A DNA stretch of 32,000 nt from Cupriavidus necator. Lineage in GTDB: Bacteria > Pseudomonadota > Gammaproteobacteria > Burkholderiales > Burkholderiaceae. The notes under the pieces were generated by a model. That model searched no databases, was not told where the DNA came from, and saw only the letters and a program-made list of their open reading frames with translations. The position numbers and the translations under genes are program-made. Position 1 is the stretch's first letter. Every line of letters begins with the position of its first letter. Shown here one piece after another: positions 8,893-16,563 of the stretch. The DNA is taken from assembly GCF_016127575.1 (NCBI RefSeq), contig NZ_CP066019.1, positions 1,320,001-1,352,000 on the forward strand. Direction: 5' to 3'.

Positions 8893-10233
8893 TCAGGGCA
8901 GCCCCGCCGGCAGCCGCAGCCGCGCCGCCAGCCCGCCCAGCGGGCTCGATGCCAGCGCCAGGCTGCCGTCGTACATCGCGGCGATTTCCGTCACGATCGC
9001 CAGGCCCAGCCCGCTGCCGGCAGCGGCCTCGTCGAGCCGGCCAAAGCGGGCGGTGGCGAGTGCCTGCGCCTCCGGCGGCATGCCCGGGCCGTCGTCCTCG
9101 ACCAGTATTTCGAGCTCGCCATCCGCTTCCTGCAGCGTGACGCGCACGCGCGTGCGCGCCCACTGGCAGGCATTGTCGAGCAGGTTGCCGAGTATTTCGA
9201 CCAGGTCTTGCCGGTCGCCGGCAAAGTGCCCGGCGCCTTCAACCGTCAGCGCCAGCGCGCGCTCAGCGTGCAGCCGCGCCAGTGCTCGGGTCAGCTCCCG
9301 CACCGGCGCGCCGGCATCGATACGCTGGCCGCGCGCCGCCGCGGCGCCCGCGGCGCGGGCGCGTGCCAGATGGCGGTCGACCTGCCGGCGCATCGCTTCG
9401 ACCTGCGCCGCCACGGCATGCGCCGGCGCCCCCGGCAGCGCCGCGGCCTCGTTGGCGAGCACTGCCAGTGGCGTCTTGACCGCGTGCGCCAGGTCCGCCG
9501 CCTGCCGGCGCGAGCGTTCCAGCGCCTGAGTGTTGCGTGCCAGCAGGGCATTGATCTCGGCCACCAGGGGTTCGACTTCGGTGGGCCAGTTGCCGCCCAG
9601 GCGTGCCTCGCGCCGCGCCTGCATCGTGCCCAGCGCGCGCCGCAGCCGCGCCAGCGGCGCCAGCCCAAACTTCACCTGCGCCGCAACCGCCAGCATCAGC
9701 CCCAGTCCCAGCGCCGTCAGCGACCACGCCAGCGTCCGGTTGAAGCTGCGGCGCGCGGCACGCAGCTCGGTCCGGTCCAGTGCCACCGAGATCTCTACCG
9801 GGGTATCCGCGGACGGCAGCACCAGTTGCCGCGACACCACCAGCAACGACTGGTTGCCGGGGCCCGGGCGCACGTCGGCCTGGGCGCCGGCAAGGCGGCG
9901 CTCCACCGTCACCGGCATTTCCGTATCCCACAGCGAGCGCGAGCGCAGCAGCGCGCCCGGCGCGCGCGCCTGCCAGTAGGTGCCGGAGTAGGGCAGCTCG
10001 TAGCGGGGATCGGCGGGGGTACGGGTGAGGACCAGCTTGCCGTCGGCGCTCCAGTCCAGCGCCGCGGCCAGGCCCGCCAACTGGTGGTCGAGCTGGCGCA
10101 CATAGGTGTTGTTGACGTGGCGCTCGAACAGCGTCGACAGCAGCCAGCCGCTGGCGCCCAGCGCCGCTGCCAGCCAGACCGCCGCCACTGCCAGCAGGCG
10201 CAGCGCAAGGGATCGGCGCAGGCGGGCCGGCAT
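8893..10233 (-). CDS. Two-component sensor histidine kinase
   Basis: Two N-terminal hydrophobic segments, H-box DLAHAVKTPLAVL, N-box LLDNACQWA, G-boxes DDGPGMP and GSGLGLAIV. The start ATG directly follows the stop of the upstream response regulator (TAGATG). Confidence 0.9.
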   Translation of the reverse strand: MPARLRRSLALRLLAVAAVWLAAALGASGWLLSTLFERHVNNTYVRQLDHQLAGLAAALDWSADGKLVLTRTPADPRYELPYSGTYWQARAPGALLRSRSLWDTEMPVTVERRLAGAQADVRPGPGNQSLLVVSRQLVLPSADTPVEISVALDRTELRAARRSFNRTLAWSLTALGLGLMLAVAAQVKFGLAPLARLRRALGTMQARREARLGGNWPTEVEPLVAEINALLARNTQALERSRRQAADLAHAVKTPLAVLANEAAALPGAPAHAVAAQVEAMRRQVDRHLARARAAGAAAARGQRIDAGAPVRELTRALARLHAERALALTVEGAGHFAGDRQDLVEILGNLLDNACQWARTRVRVTLQEADGELEILVEDDGPGMPPEAQALATARFGRLDEAAAGSGLGLAIVTEIAAMYDGSLALASSPLGGLAARLRLPAGLP

Positions 10234-10908
10234 CTAGGGCTGCGGTGGCGACGGCGGCCGCATGCGGTAGCCCTGGCCGCGCACGGTCTCGATGACATCC
10301 ACGCCAAGCTTGCGGCGCAGCCGCCCGACGAAGACCTCGATGGTGTTGCTGTCGCGGTCGAAGTCCTGGGCATAGATATGCTCGGTCAGCGCGGTCTTGC
10401 TGACGATGGCGCCGGGATGGTGCATCAGGTAGTCCAGCACGCGGAATTCATGCGAGGTCAGTGCCACCGGCGTGCCGTCGACGGTGACCTTGCCTGCGCG
10501 CGGATTCATCCGCACCGGGCCGCATTGCAGCTCCGGCGCCGGCATGCCGTGCGCGCGCCGGATCAGCGCGCGGATGCGCGCGAGCAGCTCTTCCATGCGG
10601 AATGGCTTGGCCAGGTAGTCGTCGGCGCCGGCATCGATGCCTTCGACCTTCTCGGTCCAGCTGTCGCGCGCGGTCAGGATCAGCACCGGCACGCCGACCT
10701 GCGCGGCGCGCCAGCGGCGCAGCACCGAAAGGCCGTCCAGCCGCGGCAGGCCCAGGTCCAGGATGACGGCGTCGTAGGGCTCCTGCTCGCCCAGGTGGCA
10801 GGCATCCAGGCCGTCCGCGGCCACGTCGACGGCATAGCCGGCCTCGGCCAGGCTGGCGCGGACCTGGGCGGCGAGGGCGGCTTCGTCTTCGACCAGCAAG
10901 ATGCGCAT
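10234..10908 (-). CDS. OmpR/PhoB-family response regulator (canonical receiver)
   Basis: MRILLVEDE...VILDLGLPRLDG...ILTARD...YLAKPF receiver plus a winged-helix output domain (LTSHEFRVLDYL...VRGQGYR). Start ATG 10908 with AGGAAA RBS; the track ORF is over-extended to 11076. Confidence 0.95.
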   Translation of the reverse strand: MRILLVEDEAALAAQVRASLAEAGYAVDVAADGLDACHLGEQEPYDAVILDLGLPRLDGLSVLRRWRAAQVGVPVLILTARDSWTEKVEGIDAGADDYLAKPFRMEELLARIRALIRRAHGMPAPELQCGPVRMNPRAGKVTVDGTPVALTSHEFRVLDYLMHHPGAIVSKTALTEHIYAQDFDRDSNTIEVFVGRLRRKLGVDVIETVRGQGYRMRPPSPPQP

Positions 10909-10924
10909 CGGGGTTTCCTGTCGG

Positions 10925-11275
10925 TCAGGGTTTGCGGCGGGCGTTTTCCAGCCCACGCCCCTTCGCCTTGAGCAGGGCGGCCGTGCGTGCATCGTACTCG
11001 AGCTTGGCCACCGAACCGCCCGGCAACAGCAGCTTGACCTCGTATTGCCAGATGCCGTCGTCGCGGTCCAGCTCAACGCCGATGACGTCGCCCTCGTACT
11101 GGCGCGATACCGTTTCCAGGATGCGCGACAGCGGCAGGATTTCGCCGGACTGCACGGCCGCGCGGGCGCGGTCGGCGTCCTTGTCGGCGTGCGCGGCCGG
11201 CATCGCCGCCAGCGCCAGCAGCGCCGCAGCGACCAGCACGCCGGGGCGCAGGAGGGCCGGGAAGTTGAACTTCAT
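10925..11275 (-). CDS. PepSY domain-containing periplasmic protein
   Basis: Signal peptide MKFNFPALLRPGVLVAAALLALAAMPAAHA, then ILPLSRILETVSRQYEGDVIGVELDRDDGIWQYEVKLL. PepSY proteins commonly occur as the first gene of PepSY-RR-HK operons. Confidence 0.8.
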   Translation of the reverse strand: MKFNFPALLRPGVLVAAALLALAAMPAAHADKDADRARAAVQSGEILPLSRILETVSRQYEGDVIGVELDRDDGIWQYEVKLLLPGGSVAKLEYDARTAALLKAKGRGLENARRKP

Positions 11276-11507
11276 GGCCCGGAGTTTGCCTCAGATTGCC
11301 TGAATGCGGGCTGAACGAAACCCTCGTGACCAGGCAGCAAACGGTAGCGCCGCAGCACGCGCATCGCTGCGCGCACAGGCACCGAAGAGCCTGCCGCGAA
11401 CGCCAAAACGGGGGTACGTAGGCCGTATTCGCGTTTCCACTGAGGCAAAGCCGCGACAAAACCCGGGGTTTTCACGGGGTTTTACGTTTCGAATGCACGA
11501 AAACCCC

Positions 11508-11534
11508 TTGACTTACGGTACTTTCCGCTATGAT
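11508..11534 (+). promoter_or_regulatory. Candidate sigma-70 promoter for the HU-like gene
   Basis: TTGACT (11508-11513) - 15 nt - TATGAT (11529-11534), about 90 nt upstream of ATG 11625. The spacer is shorter than the optimal 17 nt. Confidence 0.35.
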
Positions 11535-11624
11535 TCAGTGGGCGTCGAGCAGACGATTGCGCAACGCTGAGAAGCAATGCGAAACACCTGCCGACACCCA
11601 TCTGTTCAACTTACGAATATCGAT

Positions 11625-12083
11625 ATGGCGACCAAAGCGAAACCGACCGCGAAGACTGCAACCAAGCCCGCTGCCAAGAAGGCCGCGGCAACCAAGGCAC
11701 CCGTGAAGGCTGCCGCCAAGAAGGCCACGCCGGCCAAGAAGGCTGCTCCCGCCGCTGCGCCCGTTGCGCGCCCGCTGAAGGACACCTTCAACAAGTCGAG
11801 CCTGGTCGCTCACCTGGTAGCCCAGACCCAACTGGAAGCCAAGGCCGTGAAGACGGTGCTGGCCCACCTGGAAACCACCATCATCGGCGCGCTGAACAAG
11901 AAGGGCGCTGGCGAGTTCACGCTGCCCGGCCTGCTGAAGGTCACGGCGCAGCAAGTGCCGGCCAAGAAGAAGCGTTTCGGCAAGGACCCGTTCACCGGTG
12001 AAGAGCGTTGGTTCCCGGCCAAGCCGGCCAGCGTCAAGGTCAAGGTCCGTCCGCTGAAGAAGCTGAAGGACGCCGCAGCCTGA
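11625..12083 (+). CDS. HU-family DNA-binding protein with a Lys/Ala/Pro-rich histone-H1-like N-terminal tail
   Basis: About 55 aa of MATKAKPTAKTATKPAAKKAAATKAPVKAAAKKATPAKKAAPAAAP, followed by an HU/IHF-like core (SLVAHLVAQTQLEAKAVKTVLAHLETTIIGALNKKGAGEFTLPGLLKV...GKDPFTGEE...KVKVRPLKKLKD). Confidence 0.85.
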   Translation: MATKAKPTAKTATKPAAKKAAATKAPVKAAAKKATPAKKAAPAAAPVARPLKDTFNKSSLVAHLVAQTQLEAKAVKTVLAHLETTIIGALNKKGAGEFTLPGLLKVTAQQVPAKKKRFGKDPFTGEERWFPAKPASVKVKVRPLKKLKDAAA

Positions 12084-12104
12084 TCTGCGCCACGTTGTTC
12101 TGAC

Positions 12105-12136
12105 AAAAAAGGAGCCGCTTGCCGGCTCCTTTTTTT
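12105..12136 (+). terminator. Rho-independent (bidirectional-type) terminator
   Basis: A6-GGAGCCG-CTTGC-CGGCTCC-T7. Confidence 0.85.
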
Positions 12137-12212
12137 ATGCGCGAGCGCAATACGTGCCGCGCGTTCCTGCATTTTCAGCCGCCGGCGACAGACCGGCGCG
12201 GGAGGAGACACG

Positions 12213-13199
12213 ATGCCAAGTCTGCAAAGCCAGCTGTGGCGGCTTGCCTTGCGCCTGGTCCGCCGCAAGCGGCGGTTTGCCAGCGCCCAGGCGCTCCATG
12301 ATGAAATCCGGCGGCGCCGTATCGTCGGACGCGCCTATCCGTCCCGGCGCCTGCGTGCGCGGCATGCGGTCAGCGAGGAGCGGATCGCCGGAATGGAGGT
12401 CTACACCGTGCGGCCCAGGGGCGGGCCTGCGCACGGTAAATCCCGCCATATCCTTTACCTGCACGGCGGCGGCTATGTCTTCGACATCGTCAGCCAGCAC
12501 TGGGATTTCATCGGCAAGCTGGTGGACGCGCTTGGCTGCGCGGTGACGGTGCCGGTCTATCCGCTGGCGCCTGAACATACCCACCGCGACGTGTTCGCGG
12601 CCATGGTGCCGCTGTGGCAGGTGCTGCAGCAGCGCCATCCGGGCGCAGACCTGACCGTCATGGGCGATTCCGCTGGCGGCGGCATGGCACTGGCGCTGGC
12701 ACAGGTGCTGCGCGACAGCGGCCAGCCGCTGCCGCGGCGGCTGGTGTTGCTGTCGCCGTTCCTGGATGCCACCGGCGACAATCCCGGCATCGATGCCCTG
12801 GAGCCGTTCGACCCGATGCTGTCACGCCCCGGGGGCATTGAATGCGGGCGCGTCTATGCCGGCGCGGATCCGGTCACCCTGCCGCAGGTCAGTCCCATGC
12901 ACGGCGTGTTGCGCGGGTTGCCGCCCACCACGTTGTTTATCGGCACCCATGACATCCTGCTGCCCGACTGCAGGAAGTTCCGCCAGATGGCCGACGAGCA
13001 GGGCCTGCCGCTTCGGTATCACGAGGGCGAGGGAATGTTCCATGTCTGGATGCTGCTGCCGATGCCGGAAGCGGACGCGGCGTTTGCCGAGATTGTGCGG
13101 TCAGTGCTTGCCGACGACGCGCACGGCACGGAGGGTAGGGACGGGCTGGCGCCTGTGCGCACTGCCGTTGCCCCGCAGGAGGTGACCGACCCGGGTTGA
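12213..13199 (+). CDS. Alpha/beta hydrolase (esterase/lipase, hormone-sensitive-lipase-like family)
   Basis: HGGG oxyanion motif (LYLHGGGYVF) and nucleophile elbow GDSAGG. GGAGGAG RBS. Confidence 0.85.
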   Translation: MPSLQSQLWRLALRLVRRKRRFASAQALHDEIRRRRIVGRAYPSRRLRARHAVSEERIAGMEVYTVRPRGGPAHGKSRHILYLHGGGYVFDIVSQHWDFIGKLVDALGCAVTVPVYPLAPEHTHRDVFAAMVPLWQVLQQRHPGADLTVMGDSAGGGMALALAQVLRDSGQPLPRRLVLLSPFLDATGDNPGIDALEPFDPMLSRPGGIECGRVYAGADPVTLPQVSPMHGVLRGLPPTTLFIGTHDILLPDCRKFRQMADEQGLPLRYHEGEGMFHVWMLLPMPEADAAFAEIVRSVLADDAHGTEGRDGLAPVRTAVAPQEVTDPG

Positions 13200-13304
13200 T
13201 GCCGGCCGCCCGGTGATTCATGCCAGGCTGGCCGCAACCGGATCCGACTGGAGCAAGTTTAACCTGCGTCAAATGGACAGGACGGGCGCCCCCCTAGAAT
13301 CGGT

Positions 13305-13399
13305 CAGGTCATGGGTGCGGGGGCGCTCCCCATGACAGAGCTTCCGGAGTCTTCCTGAAGCTTCCGCCCGCGGCCGCAATGGCTGCGGGTTTTTTATTT
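13305..13399 (+). ncRNA. Candidate small RNA or structured 3' UTR: two hairpins plus an intrinsic terminator
   Basis: Promoter-like TGGACA (13274-13279) - 15 nt - TAGAAT (13295-13300). Hairpin GTCATGGG/CCCATGAC (13308-13336). Hairpin AGCTTC..GGA-GTCT-TCC..GAAGCT (13339-13362). Terminator at 13367-13399. No plausible ORF. Confidence 0.25.
13367..13399 (+). terminator. Rho-independent terminator (+ strand)
   Basis: CCCGCGGCC-GCAAT-GGCTGCGGG, a 9-bp stem with one G-U pair, followed by TTTTTTATTT. Confidence 0.7.
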
Positions 13400-13424
13400 G
13401 GCGGCCACCATCCGGTCCGCAAAC

Positions 13425-13793
13425 TCAGGCCACCACCTGCTTGGCATAGGTTGCCCGCGCCATCTCGCAGACCTCTACCGACACCTGCACGTCCTGGCCG
13501 GTGCCGGAGCCGGCGCGCACGGCTTCGGCGATCACGTCGCAGACGGCCTGCGCCAGCGCCTGGCGCACGGCGGTGTCGCGGCCGTCCAGGATCGACAGGC
13601 GCGCGTGGACAAAGGCCCGCTCGACCGCGTCCACGCCCTGGCGGTAAGTCGACAGCGTGACGCAGCGCGACTTGATGTCCGCCTCCTGGAACTGTCCGGA
13701 GGCCAGCAGGGCGGCATTGGCTTCATCCAGCAACTCTTCCTGCGAGCAGTTCAGGCGGGTGTTTTCGGTGAGTTCGATGACGAGGTGAGGCAT
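13425..13793 (-). CDS. 5-carboxymethyl-2-hydroxymuconate isomerase (CHMI) family protein
   Basis: MPHLVIELTEN...FVHARLSILDGRD... resembles HpcD/HpaF-type CHMI (N-terminal MPH, internal AFVH). I chose ATG 13793 with an AGGA RBS; the track ORF extends to 13865. Confidence 0.8.
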   Translation of the reverse strand: MPHLVIELTENTRLNCSQEELLDEANAALLASGQFQEADIKSRCVTLSTYRQGVDAVERAFVHARLSILDGRDTAVRQALAQAVCDVIAEAVRAGSGTGQDVQVSVEVCEMARATYAKQVVA

Positions 13794-13861
13794 GGCGGCG
13801 TCCTGACTGTGTTCCGGTGAAACCGAGCATGATACGGGATCGGGGGCGCGTGGCGGGCGCA

Positions 13862-13894
13862 CCAATGCAAACGGGGCGCTTTATGGCGCCCCGT
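13862..13894 (-). terminator. Terminator hairpin downstream of the HAD-like gene
   Basis: ACGGGGCGC-TTTATG-GCGCCCCGT, a 9-bp GC stem. On the reverse strand it is followed by TTTGCATT. Confidence 0.5.
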
Positions 13895-13916
13895 CGGGAT
13901 GTGCTGCTGGTGCGGA

Positions 13917-14513
13917 TCAGGCGGGGACGGGCGTGCGCTCGCGTGCCGGTGCCAGTGCGCCGCCAAAGCGGGCCGGATTTTCCCGGGCGAGCTGCTGCAG
14001 CTGGGCCAGCTTGGCCTTCAGGCCGGCATCCATTTTCGGTGCAGGCATCACCGTGGACGGGCAGGCCACGCCCAGGATGCCGAGCGCCTGCTGGAAGTTC
14101 TCCAGGGTCAGCCCGGCAGCCGGGTCAACGGTGACGAGATGCTCGCGCAAGGCCTCGGGCATCGACTCCGGGGCGGCGCAGGAAATGATCACGTAGTGAA
14201 CCGGCTTGGCGCCCTGGGCGAAATAAGCTTCGATCTCCGCACCATGGCCGCCTGCGGCCGGCGGGGTCATGGCTTCGACCTGCAGGTCCAGCTGCTGCAG
14301 GATTGCCGCGGGCGTGCCGCGGCGCCAGGCGTCGGACACCACCACGCGGGCGCCGGCCACGCCGAACAACCTGCGTACGAACCCCAGCGCGACAGGATCA
14401 AAGAACCGGACGTCGCGCAGCGTGCCCGAATCCGGAATGCCGCCGAGGCGGGTGCGGGAGCGGTCGGAATACAGGACGCCGGGTACGTCCAGCATGATGA
14501 GTCGTTCAGCCAT
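13917..14513 (-). CDS. HAD-like domain protein (resembles the standalone HAD domain of 'Swiss Army Knife' RNA-repair proteins); function unknown
   Basis: IMLDVPGVL ... FDPVALGFVRRLFGVAGARVVVSDAWRR parallels the family pattern (F)LD(I)DGVL ... FDP ... I(V)ISSSWR. AGGAAA RBS. Confidence 0.6.
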   Translation of the reverse strand: MAERLIMLDVPGVLYSDRSRTRLGGIPDSGTLRDVRFFDPVALGFVRRLFGVAGARVVVSDAWRRGTPAAILQQLDLQVEAMTPPAAGGHGAEIEAYFAQGAKPVHYVIISCAAPESMPEALREHLVTVDPAAGLTLENFQQALGILGVACPSTVMPAPKMDAGLKAKLAQLQQLARENPARFGGALAPARERTPVPA

Positions 14514-14704
14514 GGTTTCCTGTGCGGGTGACAGTTCAGTTGGTGTGAACCAAGATTACTCGCCACGGGCAGGCTGACACGTAACCGGCACGGGTTCAGT
14601 TGAAACAGATCTGTAACTTTATCGGGGTAGACGTAAATGCCGGTTACGTCGCCATGACAAATGTTTCGCCCAGACACATCTGCCCGTTACAAAGATGACA
14701 CGCA

Positions 14705-16333
14705 CTAGAAGCGGAAGCGGGCCACATCGTCGGCCAGTGCCGCTGCGTGCTGGTCCAGCCGGGCTGCCTGGCTGGCCAGCTCATCGACCAGCGCCGCGTT
14801 CTGCTGGGCGGTCTGGCGCAGCTGCGATACGGATTGCCCGGCGGCCTGCACGCTGCCGGCCTGCTCGTCGGCAAGCGTGCGCAAGGCCTCGGCCAGCGCA
14901 TGGCTGTGCCCGACGGTAGCCGCGATGCGGTCCATCGCCGCCACCACGCTGGCGCTCAGGCGCGCGCCTTGCTCGATCTCGTGTGTAGCGGTGCTGACGA
15001 TGCCGTCGATCTCGCGCGCCGCATCGGCGCTGCGCTGGGCCAGCGCGCGCACTTCTTGCGCGACCACCGCGAAGCCGCGGCCGGCGGGGCCGGCGCGGGC
15101 CGCTTCCACCGCGGCATTCAGCGCCAGTATATTGGTCTGGAAGGCGATCCCCTGGATCACGCCGACGATCTCGGCGATATGGCGCGAGTGGCCGTGCAGC
15201 GTATCCATCGCGCCGCGCATCTGCTGCACCACGGCAGCGCCGGCATCGGTGGCGGCGCGTGCCTGGCTGGCCATCTGGCTCGATTCGGTGGCCTGGGCGT
15301 GCGCGTCGGCCACGCGTGCTGCCAGTGCCTGCATGCTGCCGGTGGTGGCATCGAGCGCGCTGGCCTGCCGCTGGGTGCGCGCCGACAAGGCGTGGTTGTC
15401 TTCGGCGATCTGCTGGCTGGCCGCGGTGATCTCCTGGGCGCTGGCCTGGATACGGGCCAGTACGCCGGCAAGCTGGTCGCGCATGCGGGCCACGTGGTGC
15501 AGCATGCTGCTGTGGTCCGACGGGCGCAGGGCAATGGTGGCGGTCAGGTCGCCGGCGGCTATGCGGCGAGCGATCTCGGCGGCGTCGCGCGGCTCGCCGC
15601 CAAGTTCGGCACGCAGGCTGCGCGCAGCGATCCACGCCAGCGCGGCGGCCGCCAGCAGGCTGGCGCCGAGCAGGGCGGCCATCCATGCCTGCGCGCGCAG
15701 CTGGCTGGCCGCCACGCTGGCCACAGTGGCGGCGGCCTTTTGTTCCTGCTGCTGGCGCACGGCTTCCACCTGCCGGCTGAGGGATTGCAGCTGTTCAGTA
15801 ACGAAGTGGCCGTCGACCGAGACCGCGCTGTCGAATTGCAGCGAGTCCAGCGGCTGCTTGCGCAGCAGCGCCACGTAGGCCTGCACCAGCTCGCCGGTGC
15901 GCTGGCGTTCGCGCAGCAGCGGCGCGGCCTGTGCTGCGGCGGCCTGGCGTACGCCGGCCAGCGCAGCATCGAGCTGCGACAGGCCGAGCGCGACGTCGGC
16001 GGCGGCATCGTCGCGCTCGGTGCTGCTGGTGGCCATGGTCAACGCCAGCTGGGCACGGCCGAGGGTGGCCAGTGCCGACTGCGCGCGCTCGGCCGAGATG
16101 GCACCGTGCATGTCGTGCTGGTACAGGGTGTCGGTGCGCGCCTTGATCGAGACCAGGTTGGCGATCCCGGTCAACCCGACCGCGGCACCGAACAGGTACA
16201 CCAGGGCAAAGGCAGCGCACAGGCGTGCCACCAGCGGCAGGCGGCCCAGTCGTGCGGAAAGCCGCGCGAACAGCCGCGCGGGGGCAGCTGCCCGGCTGCG
16301 GCCGGGCAGGTGTGTCTTGATGACTTGCACCAC
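14705..16333 (-). CDS. Methyl-accepting chemotaxis protein (4-helix-bundle sensor, HAMP, MA domain)
   Basis: Conserved signalling hairpin IVGVIQGIAFQTNILALNAAVEAARAGPAGRGFAVVAQEVRALAQRSA. The start is uncertain: I favour GTG 16333 (GGAG 8 nt upstream, just before the first TM segment). The longest ORF reaches 16501. Confidence 0.85.
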   Translation of the reverse strand: MVQVIKTHLPGRSRAAAPARLFARLSARLGRLPLVARLCAAFALVYLFGAAVGLTGIANLVSIKARTDTLYQHDMHGAISAERAQSALATLGRAQLALTMATSSTERDDAAADVALGLSQLDAALAGVRQAAAAQAAPLLRERQRTGELVQAYVALLRKQPLDSLQFDSAVSVDGHFVTEQLQSLSRQVEAVRQQQEQKAAATVASVAASQLRAQAWMAALLGASLLAAAALAWIAARSLRAELGGEPRDAAEIARRIAAGDLTATIALRPSDHSSMLHHVARMRDQLAGVLARIQASAQEITAASQQIAEDNHALSARTQRQASALDATTGSMQALAARVADAHAQATESSQMASQARAATDAGAAVVQQMRGAMDTLHGHSRHIAEIVGVIQGIAFQTNILALNAAVEAARAGPAGRGFAVVAQEVRALAQRSADAAREIDGIVSTATHEIEQGARLSASVVAAMDRIAATVGHSHALAEALRTLADEQAGSVQAAGQSVSQLRQTAQQNAALVDELASQAARLDQHAAALADDVARFRF

Positions 16334-16491
16334 GGAGAAGACTCCAAACGGGCGTGCTGGCTCCTGAAGGATGCACGGCCCGGGCTTGACCCGAATTGCC
16401 GCGCGCGCTGTCCTCTGTCCGGGACGGTCGCAGGCGGCGCACGGATGGTCGATCATCAACGTGACGCCGGCGTGACATGGAATGAGGATTT

Positions 16492-16530
16492 TTGTCATCA
16501 CGCTGTCATATCCATGTCATGCAATGTCGC
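16492..16530 (+). promoter_or_regulatory. Helically phased TGTCAT direct repeats (Pho-box-like / OmpR-family regulator site)
   Basis: TTGTCAT (16492), CTGTCAT (16503), ATGTCAT (16514) and ATGTCGC (16524), spaced 11, 11 and 10 bp apart. CTGTCAT-ATCC-ATGTCAT compares with the Pho box CTGTCAT-AWAW-CTGTCAY. Confidence 0.4.
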
Positions 16531-16563
16531 TCGCCCTCTTGCCCCATCCCCGGATTTCCCGCC

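Noticed and set aside
11272-11475. 67-aa reverse-strand ORF whose stop overlaps the PepSY start (ATGA), suggestive of translational coupling.
   Set aside because: It has a GTG start without a Shine-Dalgarno sequence, its third-position GC (~two thirds) is clearly lower than in real genes here, and its Arg/Pro-rich product has no motif. It is probably non-coding leader DNA.
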